In this document: one piece after another, positions 56,061-64,000 of the stretch
Position numbering within the stretch: position 1 is the stretch's first letter
Layout: each line of letters opens with the position of its first letter
From: Octopus vulgaris
Lineage: Eukaryota
Direction of reading: 5' to 3'
DNA length: 64,000 nucleotides
Assembly (NCBI GenBank): GCA_951406725.2
Contig: OX597842.1
Span: 33,728,001-33,792,000, forward strand
Notes under the pieces: model-generated
What the model saw: only the letters and a program-made list of their open reading frames with translations
Told to the model about the DNA's origin: nothing
Database searches by the model: none
Position numbers and translations under genes: made by a program

Positions 56061-56145
56061 ACTTCCCTGAAGAGATTACATTGTTTTACACCATTTATTC
56101 CTGTGGAATAATATCAGTGATATCTTCGAAACATGTGTCGCAAGT
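56061..56145 (+). ncRNA. Candidate type I hammerhead ribozyme motif
   Basis: ACTTCC-CTGAAGA-[GAT...TATTCC-TGT-GGAATA...ATC TTC]-GAAA-CATGTG-TC-GCAAGT. Confidence 0.5.
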
Positions 56146-56168
56146 ATTTGAATTATACCTGCGTTAAA

Positions 56169-56227
<59 letters not shown>

Positions 56228-56474
56228 CGTTGCTATTTTGCAAAATTGTCCTAAGTCGAAAACGTTGTTTTTTTTAGAAAACGAAAAAATAGTTCCACCA
56301 TTCCATAGCTAAACCCTCGTACTACACTTTGACAATTTTTGATATCTTGGCATCTGAAGGAGTTGGAGATACGATAGTTTGGCCAAAAGAACCGGCTATT
56401 GCAAGCAAAAATAAATATTGAAAAAAAGCACATATGGTCAAATTTGGACATACGACAGTTTAACATAATAGCAA

Positions 56475-56509
<35 letters not shown>

Positions 56510-56513
<4 letters not shown>

Positions 56514-56710
56514 GTGTGTGTTCAGCCCCACAACCACTTGACAATCGGTGTTGGTGGGTTTACGTCCCCGTAACTTAGCTGTCTGAAGAAAGACCGATAG
56601 AATAGCTATGTGGTTTAAAATACGTACTGGGGTTGATACGTTCGACTAAAAATTCTTCAAAGCGGTGCCCCAGCATGGCCGCAGTCCAATGACGGAAACA
56701 AGCAAAGGAC
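56510..56710 (+). mobile_element. SINE family A, 3' half (diverged)
   Basis: TTTACGTCCCCGTAACTTAGC and tail GCGGTGCCCCAGCATGGCCGCAGTC. Confidence 0.75.
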
Positions 56711-56874
56711 AAAAGCTATCTAACCTTAAATTTAGATTAATTAACCTCGCTGCATAGGAATTAGGCTTAATTAGCAGGAGAAGTTTATGTAACATTAATA
56801 GCAAATCTAATAAGAGCTAATAATCACCAGTTTTAGACTAATGATAATAGTCATTAACTGGAGCTGTGATATTG

Positions 56875-57078
56875 ATTTAGAATTTCGGCAGAAGCCAATA
56901 AATTTGTGGGGAAGGGGTAAGTTTCATTGTGGCCCCAGTGCTTCCAATTTTATCGACACTGAAGGGGGTGAAAAATTGTAGTTGACCTCTGAGGATTTTG
57001 AAATCAGAACTTACAGAAGGGCGAAATGCTGCTAAAAAATTGTCGTGGTTTCCTGAACATTCCGTCCGCTCGTCGCCT
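56875..57078 (-). mobile_element. SINE family B (decayed)
   Basis: TTTTATCGAC...GTTGACCTC...GCTCGTCGCC followed by TTAATAACAAC. Confidence 0.6.
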
Positions 57079-57099
57079 TAATAACAACAACAACAATAA

Positions 57100-57272
57100 T
57101 CTCTATATAAATAAAACTGAGGACGTGTGTATGTCTGTCTGTGTGTTTCCCTAAAACTTGAGAACTACACAACCAATTTCATTCAAATTTTACACATGCC
57201 TTACTTAGGGTCCATGTCGTTTCATGGGCAAAAAAAATGTTCAACTTCTTGCCTAGGGCGAGCCCATAGCAA
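57100..57272 (+). mobile_element. 5' part of another non-autonomous Helitron-like element
   Basis: A|TCTCTATATAAATAAAACTGAG followed by a GTCTGTCTGTGTG tract, like the 5' ends at 7405 and 59601. No 3' end seen. Confidence 0.45.
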
Positions 57273-57438
57273 TATAATAATAATAATAATAACAATAATA
57301 ATAATAATAAGAGCATCTGGGAATGCATACAATGAGCGTCTCTGCACTAGGTGTACGGAAAACACCCGGCGAGAAACGGAAGAAAATGTGAAGAAAGAAG
57401 GGAAAAATAATAATAATAATAGGTAATAATAATAATAA

Positions 57439-57492
<54 letters not shown>

Positions 57493-57495
<3 letters not shown>

Positions 57496-58043
57496 GCCCT
57501 GATGCAGTACCAGACAGTGATTCTCATGGCTTCTGATTGGAAGTGTTATCATGTACATTGTTTTGTCTTGGTATAAAAGATGGGTTTTACTGCAAATATT
57601 CTGCTCAATACCACAGATTTGCTTGTCAGTTGTTTGGCCTTAACCAGTTGAGCATGTCCCTCAGTGGCTGACGATATGTGCATTTCTGATCACGAGCAGA
57701 CGTAGTGGGGGAGCATTATAACCGTGTGCTGAGAGGGATTCTTTAGGGTGTGAATAATTCCCCTCTGGAAACATGGGTGTTTTGTTCAACATCCTTAAAC
57801 AACCCTTATTCAGGGACCTTTTGAGCGGGATGGGTTACTCGACCAGAAGAAAATTCTAACTGGGCCCCACCTGCAAGGTCATGTGCTGTTTATCTTGATA
57901 TGAGATCACCATGTCGCGCACATATGGTTGTGATGCATGTGCCTGGTGTACCCTTATCAGACGGGTAGTCATGATGGGTATATTGGGCTTCGTATATTTT
58001 ACCCCAGTGTCACTTTGATGGCATGCACTACCCTCTCACTCAA
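57493..58043. mobile_element. Unclassified ~550-bp complex-sequence insertion bounded by (AAT)n
   Basis: Sharp boundaries with (AAT)n on both sides. No recognisable ORF. Confidence 0.45.
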
Positions 58044-58044
58044 T

Positions 58045-58074
<30 letters not shown>

Positions 58075-58076
<2 letters not shown>

Positions 58077-58660
58077 AAATGAATACAAAAGACGCCATGA
58101 CAATGTGGCAAGAATGATCCATTGGGAGCTCAGTGGTAATCACGGCCTACAAAGAGCACAGACGTGATATGAGCAAGAAGGAGTCACCGAAAATGAGAAT
58201 TGCAAGGTCCTGTGGGATGCGATGATCCAGTATGATCATTTGAACAGACATTGGAAAGCGGACATTGTTGTGATGAATAGGAAAAAAACAGAATATGTAT
58301 GATAATCGACGTAGCAAGTCCGGTGACAACAGGATCAATGAGAAAGAAGAAGGAAAAATAAACAAGTACAACAATTTGATGTAGGAAATACGAAGGTCGT
58401 GGTCAATGGGGAGGGTAGACGTGGTACTAATAGTGATTGGTGCACTTGGAAGTATCAGCACTCAACTACCAACATGGCTGAAAAAGATCGGTGCAAGTGT
58501 GGAAGGTAGAACACCTACAAAAATCAGCATTGATTGGAACTGCAAGAATTCTTCGCAAGATTCTTAAAGCATGACCAGTAAACAAGTGTCACCTTAGTCT
58601 GCTGGCTGTGGACAGCTGACACTTTCCATCATATTCAGCAAAATAAGCTGTGAGTTTTGA
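58075..58660 (+). mobile_element. 5'-truncated R4/Dong-like non-LTR retrotransposon (restriction-like endonuclease domain, pseudogenised)
   Basis: Manual translation across stops and frameshifts: YKRRHDNVA..IHWEL, KVLWD, KADIVV (for PD), IIDVA, KINKY, VIGALG, LQKSALIGTARILRK, stop at 58572-58574. Flanked by (TAA)n. Confidence 0.88.
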
Positions 58661-58670
58661 TATAATGACA

Positions 58671-58712
<42 letters not shown>

Positions 58713-58726
58713 GTAATAATAATAAT

Positions 58727-58939
58727 GGTTTCAAATTTTGCCACGAGGGCAGTAGTTTGGGCGAGGGGATGAGTCGATTACATCGACCCCAGTGTGTGTA
58801 ACTGGTACTTATTTAATCGACCCCAAAAGGATGTAACATAAAGCCGACCTCGGCGGAATTTGAACTCAGAACATAAAGACAGACGAAATACCGATCAACA
58901 TTTCGCCCGGCGTGCTAACGACTCTGGCTGCTCGCCACC
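58727..58939 (-). mobile_element. SINE family B (full length)
   Basis: Plus strand GAGTCGATTACATCGACCCCAG...ACTGGTACTTATTTAATCGACCCC...GGCGTGCTAACGA. Confidence 0.85.
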
Positions 58940-59010
58940 TTAAAGTATATTTATTTCTTTATTGCCAACAGAGGGGAGAAGCTAAACAAAGGGGACAAAC
59001 AAGGACAAAG

Positions 59011-59182
59011 GGATAAAGTCGATTACATCGATCCCAGTGCGTAACTTCTACTTATTTAATCGACGCCGAAATGATGAAGGGCAAAGGCGACCTCGGCGGA
59101 ATTTGAACTCAGAAAGTAACGGCAAACGAAACACTGCTAAGCATTTCGTACGACGTGCTATCAATTCTGACAGCTCGCCGCC
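59011..59182 (-). mobile_element. SINE family B
   Basis: Same motifs as 58727-58939. Confidence 0.8.
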
Positions 59183-59233
59183 CAAAGGCAGTGTCGATAT
59201 TGGTGGAAGAGTTGGAGCAGTAGTATTAATAAA

Positions 59234-59601
59234 CTAGCAGTATCGCCCGGCGTTGCTCGGGTTTGTAAGGGAAATATCTATAAAGCATTTTTAGAGAGTT
59301 ATAGCCAAAAAATAGCAAAAAAATGGGAAAAAAATGATGGTAAATTTTAGTTAAAAAGGTCGAGTTGCGTCCCCTAGACAGTCTGTGGTTTGTGTTTCTG
59401 ATTCTTGACCCCATGTCGAATTTATCGATTTTATTCAGAACTTTTCAAAATTTTCGCTGCGTTAGTTTTGAATTATGACATTGGGCTATGTGTGGTTCAA
59501 GTTTCATCAGAATCGGTTGAAAGCCGTGGTCAGGGTGAGGCTACAACCTAACAGACGCACAGACACGCAGACAGACAAACTGCCGTTTATATAGAGAGAG
59601 A
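59234..59601 (-). mobile_element. Non-autonomous Helitron (second family)
   Basis: Minus strand A|TCTCTCTCTATATAAAC ... AAACCCGAGCAACGCCGGGCGATACTGCTAG|T. Confidence 0.8.
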
Positions 59602-60069
59602 TATAATTACCTTAAGACCCACCCAGTTTGATATAGTCAAGTTTTTTAAACCCTCAATATCTCAATCCCTACTAATCAATGTCTTAAAATTTCTGAAGAC
59701 ATAGTATTATATATCACGGAGATGTACTTGCATAGCAAGTGACCTGATCTGAGATCATGTGCTGGAACGAAAATAATTTCAGCTTGGAAGGTGTTTATAA
59801 GCCATTTAAGAAACACACAAAAATCGTTAGATTCACTGCAACATTTAAATTTAATTAACCAAAATATTTTCGTCGCTTTGAGACCACGACCTGTTCACTG
59901 ACAAAATTCCGTACTGCATCAACAAAATATTTATCATTTACATTCATGTTAAAAAGACTCTTATATTTTGACAGATTCAAATTAGGTTTTTAAAAAAAGT
60001 GACAAGCAGGCAGGGTTGTTTTGATGTAAGTATGGGGGCATACGATAGTGTAGTAGTATGTGAACTTGT

Positions 60070-60123
<54 letters not shown>

Positions 60124-60466
60124 CTTAGATGTAGTAAATAAAGAATTTACCCCGTGATACACTGACTTATGTAGCCATTAAGGATATAATGCGCCAATGC
60201 ATATATTCTAAACACATTAATATATTCAATACTTCCGGCCTAAAATTAACATATGGTTACTATTTTCCTTTGGCTTTCGCAGAACCGAGATTCCATCACT
60301 GGGCGGAGACGCTCAGGAACGACCCTCTCAAATAAATATAGGACACACCCACATAATACTGCAGAAGATCTCTCTCAGCAGAGCCATGGGTTCATTAGAA
60401 AGCATTGGGCCGTTTCAGAACAGAATGAGTATGGGACAATGGAAGCCCCTTACCACCCACCCACAC

Positions 60467-60510
<44 letters not shown>

Positions 60511-60574
60511 CTGTATGTGTGTGTATACATATATATATATATATATAAATATATACATACACACACACACACAC

Positions 60575-60708
60575 GATATTCTGCCGCCTCCGATTGGGAG
60601 AAGAGCGGCCCGTTCTGAGTTCGAGAGTAGATCGAGGCCGTCAACGTCCCCGGGGCTTCCAGTCGTTCGCTTTACCGGACGGAATTGCGTGTCGTTCTCC
60701 CGCTGGCG

Positions 60709-60751
<43 letters not shown>

Positions 60752-60767
60752 CGGCTCGATTGGTCTT
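60575..60767 (-). pseudogene. 28S (LSU) rRNA fragment, ~190 bp
   Basis: Minus strand contains the conserved eukaryotic LSU segment TCTAGTAGCTGGTTCCCTCCGAAGTTTCCCTCAGGATAGCTGGCGC and downstream CCGGTAAAGCGAA. It is isolated, with no other rDNA nearby. Confidence 0.9.
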
Positions 60768-60916
60768 CTTTTAGTTTCCATATATCAAATCCAATCACAA
60801 GGTATTGGTCGTCCCGAGGCCATAGAAGACACTTGCCCAAGGTGTCACGCAGTAGGACTGAAACCGGAACAATGTGGTTGGGAAGCAAGCTTCTTACCAC
60901 ACAGCTATTCCTTTGC
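60765..60916 (-). mobile_element. SINE family A 5' head fused to the 28S fragment
   Basis: Plus strand GAAGACACTTGCCCAAGG...CTTACCACACAGC. Confidence 0.85.
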
Positions 60917-61044
60917 CTGAATATTTCTTAGGTATTACTACCAACTGAACTAGGATCCCACAGAAAAACTTCATGAAAACCTTACGAAAATCCAATTTTC
61001 TCTCTCGCTCTTTCTATGCTTTATCTTATATTACTTCACTTATT

Positions 61045-61371
61045 ACATTATGGCCATGCTGGAGCTGCGCTTTGAAGTTTTACTTTTCGTTAAGCCTGAT
61101 ACTTGTTCTGTCTCTCTTCTGCCCAACCGCTGAGTTACGGGGACGTAAACACACCAACAACGGTTGTCATGCGGTGTTCAGGCACACATACATATGCATT
61201 TATATACACGACGGGCTTCTTTCAGTTTCTGCCTACAAAATCCACTCACAACGCTTTGTTCGGCCCGAACCTATAGTGGAAGACACTTTCCCAAGATGCC
61301 ACACGGTGGGACTGAACCCAGAACCATGTGGATGGGAACTAGAATTCTTACCAATCAAAACGTTCACGCCT
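61045..61371 (-). mobile_element. SINE family A (diverged)
   Basis: Tail, body and head recognisable. Confidence 0.75.
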
Positions 61372-61460
61372 ATATATATATATATATATATATATATAGA
61401 TATATATACGTTTATATATTTGTTTTACAAGTTTTTTTATGTGAAATCGTGTGTTAAAAC

Positions 61461-61729
61461 ATATTGTTGTATTTAGGAATGGTCATTTTGCCAATTTAGC
61501 AAAATACAAAATGGCTGACCGTTAGTAAGGAGAGACACACAAATAAGAAAGAAGAAAGCAAAGGACCACTGATGAGGTCACAGCAGTGTGACGAAAGAAC
61601 TCTGGCCGAAATAAGATTAAGATTAATATAAAAAATAATAACGCTGAAGCAAAGTAACACCAAATATATAGTGCGTGTGTTTTTATTGACTAAACTGGTA
61701 AAAATTACCATTCCTAAATACAACAATAT
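61461..61729. mobile_element. ~270-bp element with ~40-bp terminal inverted repeats enclosing a hammerhead motif
   Basis: ATATTGTTGTATTTAGGAATGGT(C/A)ATTTT inverted at both ends. Confidence 0.8.
61563..61607 (+). ncRNA. Minimal type I hammerhead ribozyme (canonical core)
   Basis: GGACCA-CTGATGA-G-GTCACA-GCAG-TGTGAC-GAAA-G-AA-C-TC-TGGCC. Stem I GG(A)CCA/TGGCC, 6-bp stem II, 2-bp stem III, CUC triplet. Confidence 0.75.
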
Positions 61730-62574
61730 ATATATATATATATATATATTAAGCGACTTAAAGTGTTCATTTTAATTTTGGCCAAAACACCGAGGAGGTA
61801 AATTCCTAATATCATATAATTTTCAAAAACACAATTATCTAAAAGTGTCAGGCGATTTGCCGAAATGCGTATATGTTTTATAAAACTTAAAATACCCAAT
61901 ATGTTTCATATATTTTATTATTACTATGTATAATCTGTCGAAGGGTTTACTCATCCAAATATAGTTTTCGAAAATTATAATTAATATTAGCTGTAGGGTA
62001 TCTCATTTATTTTCTATATTTCCCATAAAGTGATCTCCTATTTAATAAATCCTTCGAAACCAGCAGATTCAAAGATAATATTCTCTTCATCTAAGCCAGC
62101 TAGAGCTAAAACGTGACGCAGATTATATATATATATATATATATATAATCTTGTTCACAGCTTCGTACTCGTTAAATATTAACTCAAATAGTGACAAGAA
62201 CCTGATGGCTATAGTTGATAAAAACATTTCCCCACCAACCATAAATGTAGGGAATTATACAGTGGGAATAATCTAAAGTTGAGATACAATTCCACCAGTA
62301 ATATGAAGAATGTTACAATTCATAAATGAGAAATGAGGCCAAAGCAGCTCGATTTGCGGATATACCGACATGTGAACAATCAATAATATATGAAATGCCG
62401 AGATAATTGTATATGAAGCGGAGTCACTTCCACTAAACTAAAATATATCGTAAAGTAGTACACAGATACTACATATGTATGACAGAAAGAAAGTTTAAAG
62501 TAGATTGTACCAATTTCGGTTATGTTATATATAGTAATGTACTCATTTTTGTACTTTGTCTTTGATGATTTAAT

Positions 62575-63154
62575 TGTTTCAGTTTTTAAACTGTGTGGTC
62601 ATACTGGAGCACTGCATTGTAAGGATGAGTCGAACCAAACAAACCTCTAGTCTGCTCCATATTCTTTTGGTCTCTTTTGCCAAAACCGCTTAGATACAGG
62701 GACGTAAACAAACCAACGCTGGTTATCAAACACAAGTATGTATCACCCACGCACATGCATGTATGTGGCAGCACCCACATAGTCAACCAAACTCACTAAC
62801 AAGGTATAAGTCGGTCTGGTATCATAGTAGAGAAAAACTGACCCATGATTCTGTACATCGGAATTGAACTAGGAACCATGCAAGTGTAAGGTGACCTTCG
62901 AAACTACACAGTCTTGCCTCCATATATATATTCCTTTATTTGTTTTAGTCACTTAAGTGCAGCCATGCTGCAGCATCGCCTTTAGTCGAACAAATCAGGA
63001 CTTATTTGTAAGCCTAGTAATTATCCTGTCGGTCTCTCTTGCCGAACCGCTAGGTTACGGGGACATAAATACACCAACATCGGTTGACAAACAATGGGGA
63101 ACAAACGCAAACTTATGTATGTATATATGTATGTATGTATTCACCCTGAATTTC

Positions 63155-63185
<31 letters not shown>

Positions 63186-63405
63186 TAGAAAAAAAATGGA
63201 AAATTAAATTATACCATTTAGAAAAATATATATATATATATACAACAGGCTTCTTTAAGTTTCCGTCTATCAAATCCATTCTGGAGGTTTGGTCGGCCTG
63301 CTGCTTTAGTAAAAGACACTTTCCCAAGTTACCACACAAAGGAACTGAACTCGGAACCATGTGGTTGGGAAGCAAGCTTCTTACCACACAGCCACGCCCG
63401 TACCT
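62575..63405 (-). mobile_element. Two diverged SINE family A copies (62575-62920 and 62940-63405)
   Basis: Tail, GGGACGTAAAC-like body and GGAACCATG head motifs in each. Confidence 0.7.
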
Positions 63406-64000
63406 ATATCATGCACAGGTAAATAAATGAATAAAATGAAATAGATAACTAAATAAACAAATTCATAAGTGACATACTACTTAACCTAATCCAAGCTATA
63501 CAACTAGAACGACGTGGAGGTCATGGTCGGCGCCCATTCAAGCGTGCAAATTGTTCAATTAGGCGTGACGAGGGCTAAACAAACATCCACCGCCACACGA
63601 AACCAGGCCGATCTATGGAGTTCATCTTAATGATGTTAATTAGCTAATTACAAGACCAGATTTCACGGGACAGTGGCGCGTTTATGTCAAATATAATGCT
63701 TACACACTGCGAATACCTGTTGACAGCTAAGCAGACTGAGCGTCTCCACAAGATGGAGACAAAAATGGCGGAATATTAGAGCTATGTCGTACGCCATTTT
63801 ATTGTTCTGATTTGAGGGAGATTTAGCTGTTATTTCTTGTCATTTTATATATATATATGTCTGTGTGTGAGTGTGTGTGCGTGTGTGTGTTGAATTTTAA
63901 TTATGTACCAATGACGATGTGTATATACGAAATGTTGTACGCAGAGATATACATACATATTCCTTGGGATATATAATATATATGTAGTGTAAACCATGCG

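Noticed and set aside
60575-60767. Functional rDNA locus
   Set aside because: Only ~190 bp, embedded in a SINE, with no flanking rDNA.

Overview
This is AT-rich eukaryotic non-coding DNA saturated with (TA)n, (CA)n, (GATA)n and (AAT)n microsatellites. The composition and SINE families suggest an octopus or other coleoid cephalopod genome (inference, not verified). No intact host gene is supported, and nearly all ORFs in the track are microsatellite or SINE artefacts. Mobile elements: about 20 copies of a tRNA-derived SINE (family A) in (TA)n, about 12 copies of a Nin/Deu-domain-like SINE (family B) in (ATT)n, two SINEs sharing a head but with different tails (family C), three 3' fragments of a CR1/L2-group LINE, an R4/Dong-like endonuclease fragment in (TAA)n, a possible Tx1/L1-like 3' end in (GATA)n, non-autonomous Helitrons and MITEs. 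There is also a 121-bp satellite. The most notable signals are: (1) at least four unrelated small elements carrying minimal hammerhead-ribozyme-like motifs, one with a fully canonical core inside an inverted-repeat-bounded element (61461-61729) and one duplicated as a near-perfect 166-bp palindrome (6980-7145); (2) a 28S rRNA fragment fused into a SINE (60575-60767); (3) a SINE/LINE shared 3' tail whose hairpin covaries; (4) tandem arrays derived from the SINE Nin domain. All calls were made by eye and coordinates are approximate to a few bases.
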